Positions 28,213-39,020 of a stretch of 64,000 bases of DNA are shown here, in pieces (positions within the stretch are counted from its first letter, which is position 1; each line of letters starts with the position of its first letter). Below the pieces are notes generated by a model that saw only the letters and a list, made by a program, of their open reading frames with translations, was not told the origin of the DNA and searched no databases. Position numbers and translations under genes: made by a program. Location: contig NC_042999.1 in the NCBI RefSeq assembly GCF_006345805.1, positions 71,114,001-71,178,000 on the forward strand. The letters are read 5' to 3'. The DNA comes from Octopus sinensis (lineage: Eukaryota).

Positions 28213-28332
28213 AAGCCCGTCTCTTTCAGGCTTTAGATTACCGAATGGAGAAATACAGGAAGTCCAAAATGAATTGAATTGGACCCCTGTATTTCTCCAT
28301 TCGGTAATCTAAAGTTTGAAAAGGACGGACTT
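28213..28332. other. Long hairpin with a 29-bp perfect core stem
   Basis: 28231-28259 is the exact reverse complement of 28286-28314. There is an inner gtccaa/ttggac stem, an 11-nt loop and outer ccgtc/gacgg pairing. Confidence 0.92.
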
Positions 28333-28402
28333 TTGTTAGAGGCCTACGAAACTTTAAATCTCTTAAAAAAACTTCATCCTATATTAGTAGTAGTAGTAGT
28401 AG

Positions 28403-28451
<49 letters not shown>

Positions 28452-28452
28452 A

Positions 28453-28483
<31 letters not shown>

Positions 28484-28857
28484 GTAAGTCGTATTTAAAT
28501 TTAAAGCGTAGGTAGGAGACTTTAAGGTGTAGTATCCAAACTTTGTTAAGGGGAAGTCCTGTGCTAGTGTGCCTGTAGAGCACGTTCACCGCTAGTGGTT
28601 ACCAGGTGTCATCTTGGGTCGTCCACTTTCGCTACCGGATGTGCGTTAGGAATTCCTCGGTGCACGTTGAGTGTATTCTAAGTGATTGATATAGAAGACA
28701 GAGTGTACTGGAAGCTTTAATTAGGACAACACTAGTTTAGGCTTACTTCTACACCGCTTCCTAGTGGTTGGGGAACGATGTAATGAAATCGAATGCACTC
28801 CGTATTGCAGAAGAAACCTCTTTAGGCCACAAAAAGCGGTTCAGTGTTATAAGATGC

Positions 28858-29345
28858 ATTGGGTTGAGGAGTAATTCATGAGCGTTTTTTCAAATATATT
28901 TTATACAAAAAACTACAACAAATTAACCAATGATATACTCTTCGTTGTTGTTTACGACTTCCTCCCATCATTCAAGAAGATTTTCGATGCCTCGGCGATA
29001 GAAATCTCCCAGTTTTGACTCAAAGAATTCTTCCAGCCAATCCCTTATTTCCACGTCTTTATTGAACTACACACCGCACAAAGCTTTAGAAAGCGGCTGA
29101 AATTGGTTGAAAGAGATGAAAATCTGACGGCACCAAATCTGGAGAGTATGGTGGATGAGGCAGCACTTCCGATTCGAGTTCTTGTGGAGCGTTGATTTAT
29201 GTTTGTCTTCGCTCAAAGTGTGTGGAATCCAAGTGCAGAGTTTCTGAATCTTGTCCATTGAGTGAAGGTGGTTCACCACAGTTTTTTTAATCACAATCCA
29301 CCTGCTCCGCCAATTCTCTGGTTGTTTGATGTGAATCATCGCGAA
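28858..29345 (-). mobile_element. Internally deleted mariner transposon
   Basis: Minus-strand frames give TTRELAEQ...WIPHTLSE fused to EVLPHPPYSPDLVPSDFHLF (mariner YSPDL motif) and, across frameshifts, the C-terminal FY.RGIENL...EYII. There is a TIR-like end at 28858-28890. Confidence 0.9.
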
Positions 29346-29388
29346 TAAGTTGATTCAGTCACTTTTTATCGAACTCAGTTGGTCGTCC

Positions 29389-29428
<40 letters not shown>

Positions 29429-29517
29429 ACACACACACAATATATATATATATACATACATACATACACGCAAATATCTATCTGTCTGTCAGTCTATATA
29501 TATGCGTGTGTGTCTGC

Positions 29518-29553
<36 letters not shown>

Positions 29554-30135
29554 AATATTTTACAATTATATACATAATTATAACAAGGGATCGGCTTTAC
29601 GCCTAACCACGCACTGCAAGACCTGAAAATCTCCGAGAATAACACACGATATTGTAGGCGAGCAAAAGAATATAATGAATCAACAAGATTCGGTTAATTG
29701 GATTCAAGATCGTATTACAAGGTTAAAGTAAAAATATTTTACCTATTGCTCTCATCAGCGACAGTATTATATAGGATAAATTTATGAGTGTCTCAAAATA
29801 TGCATGCGATCGGCGACATCGCATGATCAGTATCCATCCACACTCGCAAAAATATACTGCCAAGTAGAATTCACAATTTAAGCTTGAAACACGATCTTGT
29901 AAGCAGTTAACCGAATCTTGTTGCTCGTCTACCATATAGTGTGTTATTCTCGGAGATTTTAATGTGATAATGGAGGTTTTAGCGAATATTTATTGCAGTG
30001 AGTGGTGAGGCATAAAGCCGATCGCTTGTTATAATTATATATATAATTATAAAATATTTTGGAAATTTACCTATGAGGTTTTTATTTTCGCTGTGACCAC
30101 CTGGTAAAACTATTACTGATTTTACCCTTTTATTA

Positions 30136-30177
<42 letters not shown>

Positions 30178-30192
30178 TTATATATATTATAT

Positions 30193-30244
<52 letters not shown>

Positions 30245-30395
30245 ATTATAATAAAAGGGTAAAATCAATAATAGTTTTACCAGGTGGTCACTGCGAAAAT
30301 AAAAACCTTATGGTAAATTTTACAAAATATTTTATAATTATATATATAATTATAACAAGCGATCGGCTTTACGCCTCACCACGCACTGCAATAAA
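29554..30395. mobile_element. Non-coding, multiply inverted repeat element with hammerhead-like motifs (sibling at 46935-47525)
   Basis: 29987-30136 and 30248-30395 are inverted arms around a (TA)n tract. 29575-29720 is an inverted copy of about 29876-30050. A CTGATGA core lies on the minus strand at 29752-29758. Confidence 0.85.
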
Positions 30396-30398
30396 TAA

Positions 30399-30431
<33 letters not shown>

Positions 30432-30436
<5 letters not shown>

Positions 30437-30756
30437 ATATATAAACGGCAGTTTGTCTGTGCGTGTTTCTGTGTGCTGTTTGCTTGTACCCTCACCTGAC
30501 CACAGCTTTCAACCGATTCTGATGAAACTTGACACACACATAGCCCAATGTCATAATTCAAAACTAACGCAGCGAAAATTTTGAAAAGTTCCCCCAGTTC
30601 TGAAAAAAATCGATAAATTCGACATGGGGTCGAGAATCAGAAACACAAACCGGATAATTTACCATCATTTTTTTCCATTTTTTTGCTATAACTCTCTAAA
30701 AATGCTTTATAGTTATTTCCCTTACAAACCTGAGCAACGCCGGGCGATACTGCTAG
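30432..30756 (+). mobile_element. Non-autonomous Helitron
   Basis: 5' a|TC(TC)TATATATAAA...gtctgt; 3' hairpin cc(t)gagcaacgccggg, then cgatactgCTAG|t. Inserted between A and T. Confidence 0.85.
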
Positions 30757-30775
30757 TATATATATATAACCGGTA

Positions 30776-30969
30776 CTGCATTATCCAGTTTCTAGGTTTT
30801 TCATTTTTCAGATGTTCTTCCTAGAGGTAAGACAAATATTTTTCATGTTTGTTGCACACACACGTCTTTACTAGTATATACACAGTGAAGCTATACAATA
30901 GCGTCGTATTTATTACGATCGCTATTTTCCAGTAAATATCGGTACTTCGTTGTACCATTTATTTACTTA
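30776..30969 (+). repeat. About 190-bp interspersed repeat flanked by (TA)n, copy 2
   Basis: Direct copy of 4586-4778. Confidence 0.9.
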
Positions 30970-30970
30970 T

Positions 30971-31018
<48 letters not shown>

Positions 31019-31511
31019 TATACATACATACATACATACATACATACATACATACATACATACATACATACATACATACATACGAATATCTAAATATCTA
31101 TCTATCTGCCTGTCTATATATATATGCAAGTGTGTGAGTGTGTGTATGTGTATTAACTTTAATTATAACTGTATTGCAGTGGATTTGTACCAAAGTATCG
31201 TAATTATCTGCAAGCTTAAGTGACTTGACTCACTGAATTTTAAGGAACAAACGAAATATCAATAGTTACATTCAGTTAAAGACACCAATTTGCATGGTCT
31301 TTTTGGTGTATAATTACTGTCGTCTTTCTCATTATTTCTATGTCAACGACAATAATCAAAATACATTTCCATCTGTTTAGTTTTGACATCGAAGACTTTT
31401 TAAAAATAATAGTTGGTTCAGCTATCTTAACTTTATCTTAGATTGTTTAATATACACTGTTATATACAGTATATTTATTATGCATATATATATATATACA
31501 TTCATAAATGC

Positions 31512-31577
<66 letters not shown>

Positions 31578-31681
31578 CGCTTTTGGATTTGGCTTGCAAG
31601 AGTCTTTATTTGAGTTCGTGTGTTGAAGCATATTCTGTTGTGTCTGGCGAGAGTAATTTTCTTTTTGTGCTTTATAATGTA

Positions 31682-31721
<40 letters not shown>

Positions 31722-33167
31722 GCGTGTGTGTGCATGTGTGTATGTGTGTGAATTTATATGTGTTTACATATATGTTTATACACGGGCCACACACAACATA
31801 CATGCATACTCACATATATGTGAGCGTATCTATATATTTACATGCCTGTACATATTTGGGCATTTTTTTATAACACCAAAATGATGCACCTGTCTATTTG
31901 TATAGCTGTCAAACTCCGTTTAATTCTTTCTTCGATTAATTTTTTTCTTTCGTTACTTTTATAATTGAAATAGTAACCCATATTGTTTTTAAAACTGTTA
32001 TTTTTCAAATTTTGCAGATCTCGACTATTTTACCTAGCGATTTCTAGAAAATACGTGCTCAATTCTGTTTTTAGAAAAAAAACAGACAATATTTTTCTCA
32101 CTTCTTAATTACATTGGCTCATTGAAAATACCATTTAAAATTATATCCTGCGTTCACGCTTTTTCTTAACCTCGGGTCCTTTTACTACAAAACGTTATTT
32201 TTCCTCTTTTCTTACTCGTTTTCTCTATCGAACTATCTATATTGTCAATTCTCTCCAGTTGTATTAACATTATTGTTTGCCGATTTCTTTACGTCTTTTT
32301 GCCTTACTAGTGCAATCAATTTAAAATCTATAGCGATTTATGTTTTTGTCGTTACTCAGTTTAACCCTCCTAATCTAAAATTCATTGTACCTAAATTTCT
32401 CTTTGACATTTAAAATTTTATATTTTTATCCTGTATGTTAAACTCGTGCTGTAGCAGTTTGCAAACAACCTTTGTTTATTCGTACATTCGTAATTCACCA
32501 TTTCTCTTCAGGCATTACAACATATTTGTTACATGATTTTTAACACCGACTTTTCTTTCCCAAATTAAAGTGTCAATAACCTTTTCTCATATATTTTCAT
32601 ATTTTTTCTGGAAAATGTATTTTATTCTTTTCTTATTCTACCCCATTCCTTTGCACCTTCCGACTTTTATACACCACGTTCTGTTTCTTTTCTTAACTTT
32701 AATAATCCTCAACATCATGTCACTTTCCCGAGGAAAATTTCATCACCTTAGCCTCTGCAGGCCAGGTTTTCCTCGCCTTCCTTTTCCGATTGAGTTCAAC
32801 TATTAGTCAACTTTGACTCCATATTCAGCTTTCTGTACCCCTTCTGAACGCTTCTTGGATTTAGAAATTTCAACGACATTCTCCATTCCCTTAAATACCT
32901 AACTTCACATACAATTTACGCATTTCTGTTTGTCAGTTTCCGTATGTCATATATATATATATATATATGTTTAATTTAGAAGGAAAGATCCAGAGAAAAA
33001 GTTACCATGATAGCCAAATGTCATATAAGCGCTTAAGAAATTAGTAACCACACTTGCATTGGTGATGATTCGAGGAGAAGTGAGACATGTTTTGGAGAAC
33101 ATAAAAGAAATGGAAAATGGAAACAAACGCACAAGATATTATTTAAATAATTTATATCAACATATCA

Positions 33168-33246
33168 CAACATATGTTTCAATCGATACATTAACATTAA
33201 TCTGGGAGGGAGAGTAATGTGGAATAATGTATCAATCTCATCAAGG
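33168..33246 (-). ncRNA. Mutated type I hammerhead motif (left arm)
   Basis: TTGATGA-gattgatacatt...aatgtatcgatt-GAAA-catatg-TT. Confidence 0.6.
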
Positions 33247-33696
33247 AGGTTGTTATAAACAACAGTGTTCATTAATAAGCCATTTTTACAGATGTAAGAA
33301 ATTATAATATATAATATATGATATTGGAAAAACAAAAGGGGGTAGGGAACACCAGTAATTTTAAAATACCGTTAAGAAATTTGACGTCATAGGACAAGAG
33401 AAGAAGAGAAGGAAGAGAGAAAGAAAATTAAAGGAGTAACGGAGAGATAGACAAAAGGAAGGTGAATGACAAATGGATAGAAATGATAAAGGAAAGAACG
33501 GGATGTATGTGATGAAAAGAATAAAGTAAAAGCTGCAGATATTCTCTTCTCTCGTCCTATGATATCAAATTTCTTAGCAGTATTTTAAAATTACTAGCGT
33601 TTCCTATTCACCTTTTGTTTTTCATATATTATATATTAGAATTCCTTATATCTGTAAAAATGGTTTATGACGGAACATTGTTGTTTATAATCTCCT

Positions 33697-33774
33697 CCCT
33701 GATGATATTGATACATTATTCCACATTATTATTCCTCCCGGATTAATTTAAATGTATCAATCGAAACGTGTCGG
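33697..33774 (+). ncRNA. Type I hammerhead ribozyme motif (right arm), core intact
   Basis: cc-CTGATGA(33699-33705)-t attgatacatt...aatgtatcaat c-GAAA(33763-33766)-cgtg-TC-gg. 11-bp helix II, GUC triplet, short helix I. Confidence 0.75.
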
Positions 33775-33816
33775 TGATATGGTGATATACATACATACAT
33801 ATATATATATAATATA

Positions 33817-33863
<47 letters not shown>

Positions 33864-34031
33864 ATATATATACTTTTTTTTTCAGCAAAACAATTAAAAT
33901 TCAAGTGAATTCCAATGAATTCAAATGAATACGGTACTTAACTTAGATGCACCAGAATTGTTTATGGTATTAACCATAAAATAATGTGGGGTGATTATAA
34001 CCAAGAAAAAACAACAAGAATGGATTAGTAG

Positions 34032-34120
34032 TTTAGTACAAGTGTTTCATACCAAGAACAATTTTATTTAAAGCTGCAAGTATTGCAGCAAATACAAATG
34101 TCCAGTATTCATCAGCTAAA
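34032..34120 (-). ncRNA. Type I hammerhead ribozyme motif (left arm, minus strand)
   Basis: tttag-CTGATGA-atac...gtat-GAAA-cacttg-TA-ctaaa. Confidence 0.8.
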
Positions 34121-34526
34121 TCACATATATGTTTTCCAGACATCCTAGAGAGTGTGTCTATCCTCATGAAGTATTAGGAGTGAGTTCTATGAAATTTAAA
34201 GTCAAATTATAAGCAGACTCAAATTGCTTTCTAATGATTCACAGTTTTATAAAAAGTTTTTAAAAAGATTTGTGAATTGTGAAATGAACCGCTGTGTGAT
34301 CAACAGCTTTCCTCATGTCTCCAGAAATTATATCTGCATTTTTATGGTTGGATTCATCTTCTCTGGGAAGTTAACAATCTTTTTAAAAACTTTTTTATAA
34401 AACTGTGCATCATTAGAAAACAATTTGAGTTTGCTTATAATTTGACTTTAAATTTCATAGAACTCACTCCTAATACTTCATGAGGATAGACACACTCTCT
34501 AGGATGTCTGGAAAACATATATGTGA

Positions 34527-34615
34527 TTTAGCTGATGAATACTGGACATTTGTATTTGCTGCAATACTTGCAGCTTTAAATAAAATTGTTCTTGGTATGA
34601 AACAATTGTACTAAA
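34527..34615 (+). ncRNA. Type I hammerhead ribozyme motif (right arm), fully canonical
   Basis: Helix I tttag/ctaaa (5 bp), CTGATGA at 34532-34538, helix II atac/gtat with inner hairpin gctgcaa/ttgcagc, GAAA at 34599-34602, palindromic helix III A-CAATTG-T and a GUA triplet. Predicted cleavage after 34610. Confidence 0.85.
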
Positions 34616-34647
34616 CTACTAATCCATTCTTGTTGCTTTTTTCTTGG

Positions 34648-34680
<33 letters not shown>

Positions 34681-34734
34681 TGTGTGTGTGTATGTGTATA
34701 TATGTATGTATATACGCACACACGTATGTAATGA

Positions 34735-34785
34735 TCTATCTATATCTATCTATCTATCTATCTATATCTATCTTCTATCTATGGT

Positions 34786-34838
<53 letters not shown>

Positions 34839-34869
34839 ATATCATCTATCTATCTATTATCTATCTATA

Positions 34870-34934
<65 letters not shown>

Positions 34935-34981
34935 GTCTGTCTATCTATCTATCTATCTATCTATCTATATATCTATCTATA

Positions 34982-35024
<43 letters not shown>

Positions 35025-35037
35025 ATATCTATCTATA

Positions 35038-35068
<31 letters not shown>

Positions 35069-35087
35069 ATATCTATCTATCTGTCTG

Positions 35088-35144
<57 letters not shown>

Positions 35145-35169
35145 ATATCTATCTATCTATCTATCTATA

Positions 35170-35250
<81 letters not shown>

Positions 35251-35304
35251 GTCTGTCTATCTATCTATATATCTATCTATCTATCTATCTATCTATCTAC
35301 CTAT
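34735..35304. repeat. Long imperfect (TATC)n tetranucleotide array
   Basis: Directly visible. It explains the 223- and 233-aa IYLS ORFs. Confidence 0.98.
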
Positions 35305-35495
35305 CTTTGAAATGAGTGTATATATATGGTTCCATGTATGTTTGAATGTGTGTGCACTTGCATGTGTGCGACTGTGAGTTTGATTGTGTACATATGTGTT
35401 CTTTGTATATGGGTGTGTTTATATGTATGCAAGTGAGCGATCTTTGTATGTATACTTATAGCAGTTTACTTTTATGCACGTATTCTATAAGCACC

Positions 35496-35540
<45 letters not shown>

Positions 35541-36021
35541 ACACACGTATATTTATATATCTAAAATTGTATGTTATATTTACAAGCGGATAAAAATGGC
35601 ATGTGTGTTTTTAAACGTTTATGTATCTGTGCATGCATGTCTGTATGGCGCATGAATGTACTCATGCATAAATAATGACAAATAGATATTCACAGACATC
35701 ATTCAATTAATTATTGCAGTAATTATTTATTATATCAAAACAGTTGACATTGACTATTTTCACTTCCGTTCTAGTAAGCATTGTGCCAACAAAGACAATT
35801 CCCAGATCGCATGTCAGTAAAGAATGATTTCATGTGACATACTTGAAAATTCTTCTTTACTGAAATTCTTCTTTACTGAAATTCCACACGAGGACTGCAT
35901 TCTTGGCAGGAAATTTAAAGTAATGAAATAGTAGTTGGTTTTAAATATTCACTCTACAGTGCGTATTGAATACACTTTAGACTGCTTGTCATAGGATACT
36001 TTCTTTCTCTCTCTCTTACCT

Positions 36022-36095
<74 letters not shown>

Positions 36096-36254
36096 TCATT
36101 CTTTCTTTCTTTTTTCTTACTTCCTTCCTTTATATGAATACATACACTCACACACACACACACACACATGTATATTATTCCAAAATGTAACTACACGTGG
36201 ACTGTTGGCGATTTTTCCCTTCTTCCTTTCTTTTGGACTTTCCTATGTCTCCCG

Positions 36255-36287
36255 TTTCCGAAGAAGAGTTTTGCTCGAAACGTAAAA
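36255..36287 (+). ncRNA. Minimal type I hammerhead motif with one core mutation, inside a pLTR-like repeat (36180-36360)
   Basis: ttt-CCGAAGA-agag tttt gctc-GAAA-cg-TA-aaa. The sibling at 3593 has CTGACGA. Confidence 0.6.
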
Positions 36288-36391
36288 AAACTACGCTTTC
36301 TTTCCTCTTCTAAGTGTCTTATTAATACTTTGCATGTACCACCTCCTCGCGTTGTTGTTTTGTGTGTGTGTGTGTGTGTATATATATATGT

Positions 36392-36423
<32 letters not shown>

Positions 36424-36570
36424 GTGTATATATGTGTATATATGTGTATATATGTATACATATATAAAGGGAGTTCACACACATATACACACACATGCAC
36501 ACACATTCACAAGCACACTGACACAGACACACGTATATGTGTGCATGTGTGTGTGTGCATGTGTGTAATA

Positions 36571-36751
36571 TGTTTGTGTTTGTCTCTCCTCTTTTAGCTT
36601 GCAAACCGGTGTTAGTTTGATTACGTCCACATAACTTAGTCGTTCGGCAAAAGATAGAACTTATTCGATAGAATAAGTAACAGACTTAAAAACAAGTACT
36701 CAGGTCGATTTGTTCTAAATCCTTCGACTGATGCTCCAACATGGCCGGAAA
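36571..36751 (+). mobile_element. SINE family C, diverged 3' half
   Basis: acataacttagtcgttcggcaaaagatag...gatgctccaacatggcc. Confidence 0.75.
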
Positions 36752-36983
36752 CAACATTTTGAACGTATCGGTTAAGCTGTAGTGGATACATTCAGTAAAC
36801 TTTATCCAATTTCTCATAATTGTATACGTAATAGAAACTCTTGGTGTGTTGGTTGCATAGAACTAAACTGAATTTTCTTAAAATTGAATTTGTGAGTATG
36901 ATCAACGTAAACAATTCTGTTTTCCAAAGATTTCATGCCTAATATTAGATATTATTGTATATATAGTTTCTTATCAACTGATG

Positions 36984-37312
36984 TTTGAAGGCGCATGGCT
37001 CAGTGGTTAGAGCGTCGCGCTTACGATCGTGAGGTTGTGAGTTCGAATCCCGGACCGGGCTGCGTGTTGTGTTCTTGAGCAAGACACTTTATTTCACGTT
37101 GCTCCAGTTCACTCAGCTGTAGAAATGAGTTGCGACGTCACAGGCGCCAAGCTGCATCGGCCTTTGCATTTCCCGTGGATAACACTGGTGGCGTGGAGAG
37201 GGGAGGCCGGCATGCATGGGCGACTGCTGGTCTTCCTTGCCCGGATTTGTGCCTGGGAGAGTAACTTTCTAGGTGCAATCCCACAGTCAGTCATGACCGG
37301 AGGGGGGATCTC
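36984..37312 (+). mobile_element. tRNA-derived SINE family B with 11-bp target-site duplication
   Basis: Pol III A box TGGCTCAGTGG and B box GTTCGAATCC, then a conserved body. TSD atcaactgatg at 36973-36983 and 37313-37323. Near-identical copy at 61133. Confidence 0.92.
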
Positions 37313-37860
37313 ATCAACTGATGCAGTGTAGAGGTATCTTCTTAAAAAACCAAATCTGCAGGGTACCAGCATCGATTTCATTTCACAACATGCTCTTTGT
37401 TAATACTATTGGCAGATTATATCTGACATTGCATTGTGTTCGCTTGTAAAATTTAATTTAAACCTGGTACTAAAGTTCATTATCTAAAAGATGGGTAATT
37501 GAAACGTTAATGATTTTCCCCAAGGCCATTACCGTTGTAGTTTTAATACCATATTCCCATCGAAATACACACCGTTGTTTCCATTAATGTTGAAAATATT
37601 TGGAAAATAAATTAACATGGAATTTTGATGAAAGGTTTTAATTAAAACCACTTTAAAGCAGGAAATTTGCATTGTAGGACCAGTGATGTTTTCAGGCCGA
37701 TCGACCAAAAGAATTAAAGTGAAATGATTCAGACTCTAATTAAAACTGCATTGTGGTTTCTGTTTCCCGAATTTCCATTCCTGTTTATGTTATTTGCCAA
37801 GTGTTCCCGAAAATATGTAGAAGTGTACCTATTTAAGAAATGAATGTTTTGATGAGTACC

Positions 37861-38095
37861 TATTTCTTTACTACCCACAAGGGGCTAAACACAGAGAGGA
37901 CAAACAAGGATAGACAAACGGATTAAGTTGATTATATCGACCCCAGTGCGTAACTGGTACTTATTTAATCGACCCCGAAAGGATGAAAGGCAAAGTGGAC
38001 CTCGGCGGAATTTGAACTCAGAACGTAGCGGCAGACGAAATACCACTAAGCATTTCGCCCTGCGTGCTGACGATTCAGCCAGCTCACCGCCTTAC
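37861..38095 (-). mobile_element. tRNA-derived SINE family A with 14-bp target-site duplication
   Basis: TSD ttttgatgagtacc at 37847-37860 and 38096-38109. The body is the reverse complement of 38644-38880. Confidence 0.92.
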
Positions 38096-38643
38096 TTTTG
38101 ATGAGTACCGTGAAGAAAAGTTAATATCGTAAATAGTTTTGATTTCTGTTTGAGGATATTTCATTTCCTTCACATGGTGAATGAACACCCGTTAAGCTCA
38201 CGTAATAATGTCTCACTGAAGAATCTATTTTTGGGGTTATGTAAGAAGTAATGAAATGTTTTTCTTGTCATTTTAAAAAAAACATTTTAGTTCATTTAAT
38301 TTCAAGGATTATTTTGCTTGGAGACCGACAACCTTCGTGAATTTTCCAAATGAGTTTTAATTGAGTGAGTTTCCTTTATACTCATCGGGCATTTCTAAGT
38401 CACTTCCGATTGAATAGATCGATGATCAAAGGGATTCGTCTGTGATCATCCAGTCTTTTTGTATATCGGGGACTACAGTGCCTATTATATCCTTTCATGT
38501 TTTAAACGATAAGATTTGATTTGAGCAAATTCGTCAGCTATTTCTAGTAGGTCAAGCTTCCGCGTAAAGGCTCCTTCATTGATTAAAGCAAGATGTATAT
38601 ACAAATGTTTGCTAATTACATTAGCTATATTAGTGCAGCGATT

Positions 38644-39020
38644 AGGGCGGCGAGCTGGCAGAATCGTTAACACGCCGGACGAAATGCTGAGCGGTATTTC
38701 GTCTGCCGCTACGTTCTGAGTTCAAGTTCAGCCGAGGTCAACTTTGCCTTGCATCCTTTCGGGGTCGATAAATTAAGTACCAGTTACGCACTGGGGTCGA
38801 TGTAATCGACTTAATCCGTTTGTCTGTCCTTGTTTGTCCTCTCTGTGTTTAGCCCCTTGTGGGTAGTAAAGAAATAGGTATTTCGTCTGCCGTTACGTTC
38901 TGAGTTCAAATTTCACCGAGGTCGACTTTGCCTTTCATCCTTTCGGGGTCGATGCAATCGACTTAATCCTTTTGTCTGTCCTTGTTTGTCCCCTCTGTAT
39001 TTAGCCCCCTGTGAGCAATA
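38644..39020 (+). mobile_element. tRNA-derived SINE family A with tandemly duplicated body
   Basis: Head gggcggcgagctggcagaatcgttaacacgccgg. The body tttcgtctgccg(c/t)tacgttctgagttcaa is repeated at about 38697 and 38881. Confidence 0.92.

Larger units (their letters stand above)
33153..33789. mobile_element. Foldback element (arms about 33153-33410 and 33542-33789) with a hammerhead motif near each outer end
   Basis: The arms are diverged reverse complements around a purine-rich spacer of about 130 bp. Confidence 0.88.
33996..34652. mobile_element. Young foldback element (arms about 33996-34276 and 34371-34652) carrying one intact hammerhead per strand
   Basis: Arms of about 280 bp are reverse complements with only about six differences by eye, around a spacer of about 95 bp. 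The right end abuts (TA)n. Confidence 0.95.

Noticed and set aside
30517-30540. CTGATGA...AAAC as a hammerhead
   Set aside because: There is no room for helix II. It is an ordinary internal Helitron motif (accgattctgatgaaacttg).
33996-34652. Ordinary Tc1/mariner MITE with long TIRs
   Set aside because: TA-like ends fit, but a complete hammerhead in each arm points to a PLE origin. Kept only as an alternative to be tested.
34644-35377. 223- and 233-aa ORFs (and similar ORFs at 2696-3001, 13026-13646, 20140-20938, 40855-41372, 45665-46421, 53287-53969, 56608-58753)
   Set aside because: They are translations of stop-free microsatellite or low-complexity tracts (IYLS, YI, HT, CV, poly-I/L/H) with no domain content.
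36987-37062. tRNA gene (also 61133-61207)
   Set aside because: A and B boxes are present, but the acceptor stem does not pair. The sequence continues into a shared 250-bp body with a TSD, so these are SINE heads.
38485-38673. hAT dimerisation-domain-like peptide (HLALINE...LDLLEIADEFAQIKSYRL)
   Set aside because: The match is short and weak. Part of the ORF is SINE sequence, and part overlaps a non-coding dispersed repeat (gatttggctgctatttctagcaggtcgagcgacc-like) also seen near 12129, 39506 and 40563.
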